Shown: positions 16,765-24,532, numbered from the stretch's first letter. The stretch: 35,143 nt of DNA from Planctomycetota bacterium (GCA_022567055.1 JADFHU010000001.1:1-35143); one strand, 5' to 3'. The notes: generated by a model not told the origin, from the letters alone. Numbers and translations: made by a program.

Positions 16765-17685
16765 ATTCGTCCTGTTGCCAGACATTCCGTAGGGGGGCGC
16801 AAAGGCCAGACGGCGTTTACGCTGGTGGAGCTGCTAGTCGTGATTTCCATCATCTCGCTGATGACGGCCATCATCGTTCCGGCGTTGAGCATTGTCATGC
16901 GCAAGGCGGAGAGTCTCCGCGGAATGAACAACCTCAAGCAGGTGGGCATGCAGCTCCAACTCTTCGCCAATGATCACCAGGACCGTTATCCTGCGTCGGT
17001 TGCCACCATCGGTTCAAGCACAGGCTGGAACTGGTATGACCCCAGGCGAATGGTCGGCTCTGCCCAGCAAACGCCGACCGTCCATCGGTCCATGAGCGCC
17101 TATTTGAAGGGTTACATCGAGGACCCCTCCCTGCTTGCGTGCCCCTCGGCACCCCAAGAGTATCCCTACCTCGAGGCCATGTGGGCCGCGGGCGATGCCT
17201 GGGGCAACCCCGACACGCCCCCATTGTTGGATCCCATGAAGGGCTCCTACTGCTTTTATTGGAACTACGAGGGTATGATCACACAGGGCAGTGAGGATCG
17301 GACTCGGTTTCGTGGGCCCGTCGGACCGGGCAGCAGCAGGAAATATAGCAAACTCCTGGTGACCGATTACTATGGCAAGGGCACCGGACACGATGGTCCG
17401 CCGCCCCTCACCTTCACCAGTTGCGAAATGTTCGCGGGTGCCGCGGTCAACAGCAAAGAGAATGTGACGGCCTACTGGACCCGTCCTGTGGGTCTTGCCG
17501 AGGCGGTGCCGGTACTGTCGCTGAAGGCCGTGTACACCGACGGCCACGTCGGGACCTATGGGTCCGATGAGGTGGTTGAAATGTCCGTCATCAAGGCGCG
17601 AAGTCGCACCGCACCCGAGGTGTACGGGATTGGCGACGATCGCAGCCCGGGCCTTTTCTTCCTTCCTGCCGACGCGATGCATTGA
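16765..17685 (+). CDS. Prepilin-type N-terminal cleavage/methylation-domain protein (DUF1559 / H-X9-DG-like pseudopilin paralog 1)
   Basis: FTLVELLVVISIISLMTAII ... NNLKQVG, with C-terminal YTDGHV. The ORF track opens at 16672. I favour the ATT at 16765, which has GGAGG 7 nt upstream and gives a 17-aa leader identical in length to the paralog. The start is uncertain; the stop is firm. Confidence 0.75.
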   Translation: MRPVARHSVGGRKGQTAFTLVELLVVISIISLMTAIIVPALSIVMRKAESLRGMNNLKQVGMQLQLFANDHQDRYPASVATIGSSTGWNWYDPRRMVGSAQQTPTVHRSMSAYLKGYIEDPSLLACPSAPQEYPYLEAMWAAGDAWGNPDTPPLLDPMKGSYCFYWNYEGMITQGSEDRTRFRGPVGPGSSRKYSKLLVTDYYGKGTGHDGPPPLTFTSCEMFAGAAVNSKENVTAYWTRPVGLAEAVPVLSLKAVYTDGHVGTYGSDEVVEMSVIKARSRTAPEVYGIGDDRSPGLFFLPADAMH

Positions 17686-17717
17686 GCGGCATCCTGTCTG
17701 AAAAAGCCCCTGAATCC

Positions 17718-17882
17718 CTAAAGAGCCCCTACGCAAAATGACTCTGCATTCAAACGGCTTATTCTGCGTCTGGACGGCGTCAGGCTCCATCGACCGTCCT
17801 CGGACGGCCTGCTTCGCCTTCCTTGCCAGTCGCAGAAACGCTCGTTTTCGGTGCGACGATTCATTTTGATAGGCACTCTAAG
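17718..17882 (-). repeat. Rod-repeat family, subfamily B complete copy (165 bp)
   Basis: CTAAAGAGCCCCTACGCAAAATGACTC ... GATTCATTTTGATAGGCACTCTAAG. The minus strand carries the core CTGGCAAGGAAGGCGAAGCAGGCCGTC-CGAG-GACGGTCGATGGAGCCT. It lies between two tandem plus-strand pseudopilin paralogs. Confidence 0.9.
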
Positions 17883-17965
17883 TTTAATGCTTGTGTCGCG
17901 CCTCTGATCCGCTTACAGTACCTCCGCAAGACCCGTAGCGCTAATCTTGGTGAGGGAAAACGAAG

Positions 17966-18874
17966 ATGCGATCTGATCGGGCAAAGTCAGGTGGAAAGGA
18001 AAAGCACGGGGCGGGGTTTACCCTGGTCGAGCTGCTCGTCTCCATCTCGATCTTGTCCCTTCTCATGGCCATTTCAGTTCCGGGTTTTTCGGCTCTCCAA
18101 CGCAAGGCGCTCCAATTGCGGGGCATGAGCAACCTCAAGCAGATCCACCATTCCGTGAGCCTCTTCGCCAATGACCATGGGGACCGGTATCCACCCTCGG
18201 TGTCCTGGATTGGAGGCCCTTTACCACAGGCCCTTTACCATCCCCGGCGACTGGTCAGCTCGACGAAGCCGAGGGGAGCAGTCCATCGGTCGATGAGTGG
18301 TTACCTCCATGGGTACCTGTCGGATGTGTCCATATGGACCTGTCCTTCGGCGCCGGAAAAAGTCCCGGACATGCAGGAGATGTGGGATGCCGGCGACGAC
18401 TATGTGTCTCGTTCCGGCAGCGCTGCCTTCAGTGGACACTACTGTTTCTTCTGGGGGTGGACCGGCCTGATTGAAGGCGAGACCACGAATGGCCCGCGTC
18501 CGGTCTTCAGAGGTCCCAGGGGCCCAGGAGCAGACCGCAAGTCGAGCAGCCTGCTGGTTGCGGATTGTTTCGGCAAGGATATCAACACGGACCTGCCAGG
18601 CTATGCCAGCTGTGAGTGGTTTGAGGGCGCATCGGAATCCATCAGCAAGGACATTTCTGCCGTCTATTGGCTTGAAGAGAAGAATCTAGGTTTCCTTCGC
18701 TCGCCTCCGTTGCCGGAGGTGACTTTGAAGGCTGCGTACGTGGATGGACACGTGGCCCTCTATGACGTGTCGAAAAGTCTGGCCCGTGTCAGGGTTGATA
18801 GGGGAGACGGACACCCCAACAACAAAGACGGCTACTACTACATCCCCGAGGACGGCCTGCCACTAAAACGCTGA
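17966..18874 (+). CDS. Prepilin-type N-terminal cleavage/methylation-domain protein (pseudopilin paralog 2)
   Basis: MRSDRAKSGGKEKHGAG-FTLVELLVSISILSLLMAI ... SNLKQIH, with C-terminal YVDGHV. Clearly paralogous to 16765-17685. Confidence 0.8.
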   Translation: MRSDRAKSGGKEKHGAGFTLVELLVSISILSLLMAISVPGFSALQRKALQLRGMSNLKQIHHSVSLFANDHGDRYPPSVSWIGGPLPQALYHPRRLVSSTKPRGAVHRSMSGYLHGYLSDVSIWTCPSAPEKVPDMQEMWDAGDDYVSRSGSAAFSGHYCFFWGWTGLIEGETTNGPRPVFRGPRGPGADRKSSSLLVADCFGKDINTDLPGYASCEWFEGASESISKDISAVYWLEEKNLGFLRSPPLPEVTLKAAYVDGHVALYDVSKSLARVRVDRGDGHPNNKDGYYYIPEDGLPLKR

Positions 18875-18879
18875 CAGCG

Positions 18880-19590
18880 TCATTCTGTGTCCAGCACTTT
18901 AATGCGGGCATTGCGGATCTGGACCTGGCTGTTTCCCCAACTGAGTTCCTGAAAACCGATGTGCCCTTTCCGGGGACGCGATTTGACGGGAGGTGCGGAG
19001 GATCCATCGTGTCGTTTGACGGCTTGAGACTGTTCGTCTAGGTTCAACGCGTGGATGAGCTGGCCGTTGAGTGTCACACGCAAGCGCGGCCCCATGAGCC
19101 GCACCTCAACGCTGTTCCATTGGGTGGGTCGGTAGACCTGCATTTTGGGCGGGATGGCGCGGTAGATGCCCCCGGTTAACTCCGAAGGCTTGGCTCGAGG
19201 GTTGTAGCGAAGATCTGCCATCTGTAGTTCCATGCCATCGAATGCCGGATCGCCGGACAGAGGGGCGCGCAAGGCGCAACCACTGTTGCCACGCGTGCCG
19301 AGCCGAAAGTCATACCGCAAGACGAAGTTGGCATACTCTTTTTCGCTCATGAGCCAGGTGCCGCGCGGGTCGCTGCCCCTGAGAATGCCATTCTGGACGC
19401 GCCACTGTACACCGGTGGCGGCTGGGAGGCTGACATCGTTCCAGCGGCGCACGGTCCAGCCCTGGGGCACGCCATCTTCCGGAAAAAGCAGGGTGAACGC
19501 TTCGTCGTTTTCTGTCTGGGCGCCTCCTAATGAAGCGGCAGCCAGCAGCGCGCACAGTAAGATGAATCTATGGAGCGTATGTATTCTCAT
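18880..19590 (-). CDS. DUF1080 (3-keto-disaccharide hydrolase-like) domain protein, secreted
   Basis: Signal peptide followed by GWTVRRWN...WRVQNGILRG...YANFVLRYDFRL...GNSGCALR...GHIGFQ, the typical DUF1080 pattern. Confidence 0.75.
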   Translation of the reverse strand: MRIHTLHRFILLCALLAAASLGGAQTENDEAFTLLFPEDGVPQGWTVRRWNDVSLPAATGVQWRVQNGILRGSDPRGTWLMSEKEYANFVLRYDFRLGTRGNSGCALRAPLSGDPAFDGMELQMADLRYNPRAKPSELTGGIYRAIPPKMQVYRPTQWNSVEVRLMGPRLRVTLNGQLIHALNLDEQSQAVKRHDGSSAPPVKSRPRKGHIGFQELSWGNSQVQIRNARIKVLDTE

Positions 19591-19700
19591 GTTCTGAGTC
19601 CTCGGGTAGCATCGTCTCTTGGCGTAAGACTAGCGGAGGTTTCTGGAAAGTCAAGGATGGGAGGGACTGCTCACGCGCGCAGGTACCCTCGCCGGACTGG

Positions 19701-19964
19701 TTAGAGAACGACTTCCGTGGCGCTGGGGACCGGATCGGGAATCTTGGTCCCCTCCGGGATGGTGTCTTGCTGTGATCGAGCAGGCCGCTGTGCCTCCGGA
19801 GCCGGGCTTTTTGGCGCTGGCTCAAACGCGGACCATCGGCCCTTGGCTTTGTCTGCGATGGCCATCAGGCGGAGCAGCACATTGTTGGGCGTGTCCTCAA
19901 AAGGATCTGCCACGAAGGCCTTCAGTTTCTGGTAGACTTCATCCGAGATCTGTAGCATTTTCAT
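19701..19964 (-). CDS. Small hypothetical protein with a SeqA-N-terminal-like / ribbon-helix-helix-like N-terminus and a Pro-rich tail
   Basis: MKMLQISDEVYQKLKAFVADPFEDTPNNVLLRLM resembles, from memory, the SeqA N-terminal pattern MKTIEVDDELYSYI...SASDILRRML. Start taken at ATG 19964. Confidence 0.45.
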   Translation of the reverse strand: MKMLQISDEVYQKLKAFVADPFEDTPNNVLLRLMAIADKAKGRWSAFEPAPKSPAPEAQRPARSQQDTIPEGTKIPDPVPSATEVVL

Positions 19965-19979
19965 AGCGCTGTCCCCCGC

Positions 19980-20159
19980 GGGACCGGCAAGAAATAAATT
20001 GGACAATTTGGGGTCCAAGTGTGCCCCATATTGGGTCGCGCCCGATTGAGCGAAACCACAGGCGTAGCAGTTCTACGTCGCGGATTTCGCGATTGAGAAG
20101 CGATCAAAGATGGGGTGCAATTGGGCATTCAAAAGTCCAAGTTATTTCTTGCCGGTCCC
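19980..20159. repeat. 180-bp element bounded by 25-bp inverted repeats (MITE-like or operator/looping site)
   Basis: GGGACCGGCAAGAAATAAATTGGAC (19980-20004) against GTCCAAGTTATTTCTTGCCGGTCCC (20135-20159) matches 24 of 25. There are small internal hairpins. Only one copy is in the window. Confidence 0.75.
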
Positions 20160-20199
20160 TAAGACACACTAACAGTATACAAATCGATCTCGTTTGCCG

Positions 20200-20240
20200 C
20201 AAAAGGGGGACGCGCTCTCGTTATCTTCATCCGACGAGCG
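20200..20240 (-). terminator. Candidate intrinsic terminator downstream of the 20258-20530 ORF
   Basis: Minus strand reads CGCTCGTCGG...ACGAGAGCG, an imperfect hairpin, followed by CCCCCTTTTG. Confidence 0.35.
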
Positions 20241-20257
20241 TTACTGGGAGAATGCCC

Positions 20258-20530
20258 TCAGCCGCCTTGAGACAGATGGACCGTGACAGCAATGGCGCCG
20301 GCAGCCGCGAGGATCGCCAACACTAGCAGGGTGATCTTGATCCAACTCCAGGGCCGCTCACCCTGGACCTCACCGGTGCGAGCATTGACGAGGAAGCGGT
20401 ACGGGGTGTTCTTGAAGCGATACGCACTGATCCAGATCGGCAGGAGGATGTGCTTAAAGGTGATCGTGTCATGTCGAGTCTTGACCGAACGGATGCGCTG
20501 TTCGTCTCCGCCGATGTCTCTGCGCAACAT
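20258..20530 (-). CDS. C-terminal fragment of a conserved membrane protein (probable remnant, possibly not expressed)
   Basis: HILLPIWISAYRFKNTPYRFLVNARTGEVQGERPWSWIKI plus a TM is a C-terminal module I recall from longer zinc-ribbon-type hypothetical proteins. ATG 20530 has no SD. The open frame continues upstream to the LysM stop codon in the same frame. Confidence 0.4.
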   Translation of the reverse strand: MLRRDIGGDEQRIRSVKTRHDTITFKHILLPIWISAYRFKNTPYRFLVNARTGEVQGERPWSWIKITLLVLAILAAAGAIAVTVHLSQGG

Positions 20531-20638
20531 GCTGCGGATCTCGTCATCGATGACCTGCTGGATGAGCTTGCTCCGCGGGGGGTGGAGGCCGACGGCAACT
20601 GTGCCCGAAAACCTACCTTGGGAGGGGAAAATCGGCCC

Positions 20639-21430
20639 TCAGCGGCCCGGCAGCCTGAGCAGGATGCCCGGTCTGAGATCGTCTGCGTCCTCCAATAGGT
20701 CCCTGTTGAGACGCAGGATGTCTAGATAGCGACGACCATCGCCGAGTTTGGCCGCGGCGATCTTCCAGAGGCTATCTCCATCGCGCACCGCGTAGGGTGG
20801 CGCTATGGCCCGCCCGGTTCGAATCTTTCCTAGATCTCTGCCCTGACCGGTCGAGCCTGCGAAATCTGAGCCAGAGGCTGCCTGCGGCAGGCGGGGAATG
20901 ACCAATGTTTGGCCGATTCTCAACTCGTCAGCAGTCTTCAGAGAATGGCGATTGGCAGAGAACAGCGCCTTGACCACCCTCATTCTGTTTCCCTGAGTGA
21001 GCCCATAGAGTCGCTTGGCGATCAGGGCGAGATTGTCGCCCGGCCGAACTGTATAGGTGACCGTTTGGGGTGACAGCGCCTCTGCCGGCCGGCCCCCGGC
21101 GGGGCCTTGCCGAGCAGACGGGTCAGGACGGCTGGACGCTATCTTGGCTGGATTTGTATCGGCTTGCCTGCTTTCCCTGGAGGTCTGTCGGCTCGGTGAG
21201 GTCGGCCTGGGATTGATGGAGAGGGGAAGATCGGCAATCCTGCGGGCGCTTGGCTTCAGGCTGCGGTGGTCTTGGATCTCGTGCGTTGCGAACCGTTGCG
21301 TGGAGCTGCTCAAGCCGCGCAGGGCAAAGGCGAGCACGAAGATGGCCAGAAGTCCAACGAGCACCCCTATTTTCGTATTCGCATTCATACGCTGTCTTGC
21401 TCCTGTTCGAGTCAGAGGTCGATGCCTCAT
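20639..21430 (-). CDS. LysM peptidoglycan-binding domain protein (two LysM repeats, N-terminal TM)
   Basis: YTVRPGDNLALIAKRLYG...IGQTLVIP and YAVRDGDSLWKIAAAKLGDGRRY...LRPGILLRLP. TM is IGVLVGLLAIFVLAFAL. Confidence 0.85.
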   Translation of the reverse strand: MRHRPLTRTGARQRMNANTKIGVLVGLLAIFVLAFALRGLSSSTQRFATHEIQDHRSLKPSARRIADLPLSINPRPTSPSRQTSRESRQADTNPAKIASSRPDPSARQGPAGGRPAEALSPQTVTYTVRPGDNLALIAKRLYGLTQGNRMRVVKALFSANRHSLKTADELRIGQTLVIPRLPQAASGSDFAGSTGQGRDLGKIRTGRAIAPPYAVRDGDSLWKIAAAKLGDGRRYLDILRLNRDLLEDADDLRPGILLRLPGR

Positions 21431-21775
21431 CGCGACAGAGAATAGCGGCGAGTCGGCAGGCCCATATCATTGACACCACCAGATCTATAACAGTTGGCTA
21501 TGTCGACACATTCGACCGGGGGACTTTGACGGAAACTCTTTGCCGGCCGGGCAATCGGACCAGCCGTCCTCTGTTCGGGACACCGTCAGAATAGGCTTGC
21601 CAACCGCCTCCCCGGCCTGTACCCCAATACCCAATCCCACAGTACTTTAGGCCCCTGCGCTTATCTCACTTTTCCTCTCCCTCCGCACCGCAGGAGTCAT
21701 TTTTTGCCCGAGGCTCCCAAGACGATTTTGGGGCCGCGACTTGCCGCCCAAGGCCGGTTGTGTTTATATGGGACC

Positions 21776-21941
21776 CTAGGCTCTGTCTGAAAACTCGATC
21801 TGGCTTCGAGCGGCCCTTTTTCCGCCTGGCTGCATCCGGCTCCATCGACGATGAAACCAACATCGCCTGCTTCGCCGTCTTTGCCAGGCGAAAAAATTGC
21901 TCGCTCTCGGGCCAACGACCGAGTCTTCAGACAGAGCCCGA
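21776..21941 (-). repeat. Rod-repeat family, subfamily A copy (166 bp), reverse orientation
   Basis: Plus strand reads CTAGGCTCTGTCTGAAAACTCGATCTGGCTTCGAGCGG...CATCGCCTGCTTCGCCGTCTTTGCCAGGCG...GAGTCTTCAGACAGAGCCCGA. It ends 18 nt before the moaB ORF. Confidence 0.92.
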
Positions 21942-21958
21942 TGGTTTGATCGCTGCAC

Positions 21959-22546
21959 GTGGGCATAGACGAATGGAGGTCCAGCTTGGCAGAGAAAAGC
22001 GAACGAGAATTCCTTCCCCTAGGGGTTGCCGTCCTGACGATCTCCGACACGCGAACGGAAGCAACAGACAAATCGGGCAGACTCCTGGTGAACAGATTGG
22101 AAGGGGCGGGACATCACAGGGTAGACAAACAGATCGTGCCCGACGATTTGTATCAGATTCGGGCGGTTGTCGCGCGTTGGATCGCGCAGGCGGATTGCCA
22201 AGTCATTCTCACGACGGGCGGCACCGGCGTGACCGGTAGGGACGGCACGCCCGAGGCCGTTGCGCCTCTGCTGGACAAGGTCATTGACGGTTTCGGGGAG
22301 ATGTTTCGCATGCTGTCCTATGACGACATCGGCACCGCGACCATGCAGTCCCGCACGCTGGCCGGTGTCGCCAATGGCACCTATGTCTTCTGCCTACCCG
22401 GCTCGGGTGGGGCCTGTGCCTTGGGGTGGGACAAGTTGATCAGCCACCAGTTGGATTACCGCACTCGCCCCTGCAATCTCGTAGAACTCATGCCGCGTTT
22501 GCTGGAAACGCTCGGCGATCGCCATCCGACCGGACATCATCACTGA
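21959..22546 (+). CDS. moaB: Molybdenum cofactor biosynthesis protein B (MoaB/MogA family)
   Basis: Collinear with E. coli MoaB as I recall it: LTISDTR...[44 protein letters not shown]. The true start may be TTG 21986, which has GGAGG 6 nt upstream. Confidence 0.88.
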   Translation: MGIDEWRSSLAEKSEREFLPLGVAVLTISDTRTEATDKSGRLLVNRLEGAGHHRVDKQIVPDDLYQIRAVVARWIAQADCQVILTTGGTGVTGRDGTPEAVAPLLDKVIDGFGEMFRMLSYDDIGTATMQSRTLAGVANGTYVFCLPGSGGACALGWDKLISHQLDYRTRPCNLVELMPRLLETLGDRHPTGHHH

Positions 22547-22551
22547 ACACA

Positions 22552-22600
22552 GATCACGGATCACGGATCACGGATTACAGATTACAGATTACTGATCACT
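22552..22600 (+). repeat. Heptanucleotide tandem array, 7 units of GAT(C/T)AC(G/A/T)
   Basis: GATCACG x3, GATTACA x2, GATTACT, GATCACT. It begins 6 nt after the moaB stop. The unit is the complement of the 8274-8301 unit (RATCNGT). Confidence 0.9.
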
Positions 22601-22628
22601 GCTCCCGCCTTCCCCTCTCCGATGGTTG

Positions 22629-22637
22629 TGGTACAAT
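22629..22637 (+). promoter_or_regulatory. Candidate extended -10 promoter element (TGgTACAAT) for the 22696 gene
   Basis: TGGTACAAT lies 59 nt upstream of the ATG and about 30 nt downstream of the heptad array. No good -35 box. Confidence 0.35.
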
Positions 22638-22695
22638 GGCGGCCCAGCGTCATGATAAGGTCTCTCTGAACGGTTGTTTTGACAGGAGCCAACTG

Positions 22696-23514
22696 ATGAT
22701 GAAACGGCCTGCCTTTACACTCATCGAACTGCTCGTGGTGATCGCCATCATCGCGATTTTGATGGCCGTCCTCATGCCGGCCCTGGGCTTGGCCCGTGAT
22801 CAGGGCCGCAAGATCGCCTGTGCCAACAACCTCCGCTCATTGGCCACAGCCAACAGTCTCTACGCGGCCAATCACGATGATTGGGGCGTACCGTGCAGAG
22901 ATTCTACTCGTCAGTCGGGCAGTGTTTGGACGGCCAACGCCGAATTCCGGCAGTCAATCGGCTATGAGGGCTCTGAAAAGGTTTCAGAAAGGTCGCAAGT
23001 CCAGACCCCCAAAAAATACAAGTGCCCCAGCGACACGCAAAAGGCCTGGGCGCATGCCTGGGACATCGAAAACGGTAACCAGTTGGGGACCCTGGTCAGC
23101 TACGGCTTTAATATCGAAGATTGGTATCCTTCCCGCGTGCAAGGTTCCTGGGTCGCAACGATGGCATTGGAGTTGTTGGGCCACAAGCTGTCGACCGTGA
23201 AACAGCCGGGCATTAAACTTCACTTCAATGAGGCTCACGACTGGTGGAGCAAGTGGCAGGGCGCCAATTACATAAACGGCTGGGATGTCTTGGGACAAGA
23301 CGGCACCGTCAATGAGTACAAGGCAGCAGGAACCGGGGGCCCCACCATGTATCGGCACAATGGACGCGCCAATCTTGCCCTCTATGATGGTCATGTCGAG
23401 AGCTGGCGGAAAGATGCCCTCTGGATCCCGGAGCATTATAATCAAAGGCCCTACGATCCGGGCATTTGGGTCGCCAAAATGGAGGTCTGGAGAGCCAATG
23501 GCGGCATGCGATAG
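22696..23514 (+). CDS. Prepilin-type N-terminal cleavage/methylation-domain protein with canonical H-X9-DG motif (pseudopilin paralog 3)
   Basis: AGGAG, 7 nt, then [39 protein letters not shown], and C-terminal [14 protein letters not shown] (H-X9-DG). The ORF-track 5' extension to 22426 crosses the heptad array and is rejected. Confidence 0.85.
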   Translation: MMKRPAFTLIELLVVIAIIAILMAVLMPALGLARDQGRKIACANNLRSLATANSLYAANHDDWGVPCRDSTRQSGSVWTANAEFRQSIGYEGSEKVSERSQVQTPKKYKCPSDTQKAWAHAWDIENGNQLGTLVSYGFNIEDWYPSRVQGSWVATMALELLGHKLSTVKQPGIKLHFNEAHDWWSKWQGANYINGWDVLGQDGTVNEYKAAGTGGPTMYRHNGRANLALYDGHVESWRKDALWIPEHYNQRPYDPGIWVAKMEVWRANGGMR

Positions 23515-23629
23515 GTAGTGCCGGAGGACTCCATCCTGCTGCGCCTGGGCCGGCTCCTGAGCCTCTCTTCTCGTGTGCGAGTGGTGAATTCTCAACGACA
23601 ACGAATCCTCGATGGAAAGGACAAGCCAA

Positions 23630-24532
23630 ATGTCAGAGCTAATGAATCGTCGACGGTTTATCAAGACTGCCGGATGGGGTGCCGTGGGATTGGCGTTCGC
23701 CGCCAAGACCTTGCCGGCTGCAGGCAAGGGAAACCTCTTCGAAATATCGCTGGGCGAGTATTCACTGCACCGGACCCTCGCGGCGGGAAAGTTGGACCAC
23801 CTTGACTTCGCTAAGGTCACTAAAGAGGTGTATGGTATTGATGCCGTAGAGTTCTGGAGCGGCCCCTTCAACGGCAGAGTAGAAGACATCAGCTATGTCG
23901 CCGACCTGAAGGCTCGGTCCGCCGATCTGGGCGTCAAGAATCTGTTGATCCTGGTGGACGGCGAAGGCAACCTGGGAGACCCGGATGAAGCCAAGCGGCA
24001 AAAGGCCGTTGACAACCACAAAAAGTGGCTGGAAGCCGCCAAGACGTTGGGATGCGATTCCATTCGCGTGAACGCTCGGTCACGGGGCGAATATGACGAG
24101 CAGTTAAAACTGGCTGCGGATGGCCTGAGACGTCTCTCTGAATTGGGTGCGAGTTACAGACTCAACGTGATCGTCGAGAATCACGGCGGCCTCTCGTCCA
24201 ACGGGAAATGGCTGGCGTCGGTGATGAAGGCCGTAAACCTGCCCAACTGTGGCACACTTCCGGATTTCGGAAATTTCCATGAGTACGACCGTTATCTCGG
24301 AGTCGAAGAGACGATGCCCTTCGCCAAAGCCGTCAGTGCCAAGAGCCATGAGTTCGACGAGGATGGCAATGAGGTTCGAACCGATTACCGCAAGATGATG
24401 AAAATCGTCTTGGCTGCGAACTACCACGGCTATGTGGGCATCGAATACGAGGGCCGCAAACACAGCGAGGACGAGGGCATCAAGCTGACCAAGAAACTTC
24501 TTGAGACCGTCCGCGCCGAGCTGAGTGCCTGA
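23630..24532 (+). CDS. Tat-signal sugar phosphate isomerase/epimerase (xylose isomerase-like TIM barrel)
   Basis: MSELMNRRRFIKTAGWGAVGLAFAA is a twin-arginine signal. IVENHGG motif present. An alternative ATG at 23612 is in frame. Confidence 0.75.
   Translation: MSELMNRRRFIKTAGWGAVGLAFAAKTLPAAGKGNLFEISLGEYSLHRTLAAGKLDHLDFAKVTKEVYGIDAVEFWSGPFNGRVEDISYVADLKARSADLGVKNLLILVDGEGNLGDPDEAKRQKAVDNHKKWLEAAKTLGCDSIRVNARSRGEYDEQLKLAADGLRRLSELGASYRLNVIVENHGGLSSNGKWLASVMKAVNLPNCGTLPDFGNFHEYDRYLGVEETMPFAKAVSAKSHEFDEDGNEVRTDYRKMMKIVLAANYHGYVGIEYEGRKHSEDEGIKLTKKLLETVRAELSA

Noticed and set aside
20021-20326. A 101-aa plus-strand ORF inside the 25-bp-IR element.
   Set aside because: The translation is Arg/Ser-rich and low complexity. 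It overlaps the end of the minus-strand ORF and has no SD. It is most likely noncoding.
21942-21985. A Moco riboswitch or other leader upstream of moaB.
   Set aside because: Only 18-45 nt lie between the repeat copy and the start codon. The upstream sequence is the repeat itself. I could not recognise Moco-motif conserved blocks.
22552-22600. The heptad arrays (also 8274-8353) or the dispersed 165-bp repeats as a CRISPR array.
   Set aside because: The 7-bp period has no spacers. The 165-bp repeats are kilobases apart, in both orientations, with genes between them. There are no cas genes.
22984-23889. Long antisense or overlapping ORFs: 22984-23889, 26240-27298, 15530-16576, 12329-13171, 17014-17790, 6987-7913, 5794-6468, 4962-5534, 27776-28726.
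   Set aside because: These are shadow ORFs typical of high-GC DNA. Each lies opposite or out of frame to a gene with clear family motifs. Their translations are Arg/Pro/Gly-rich low-complexity sequence with no motifs or SD.
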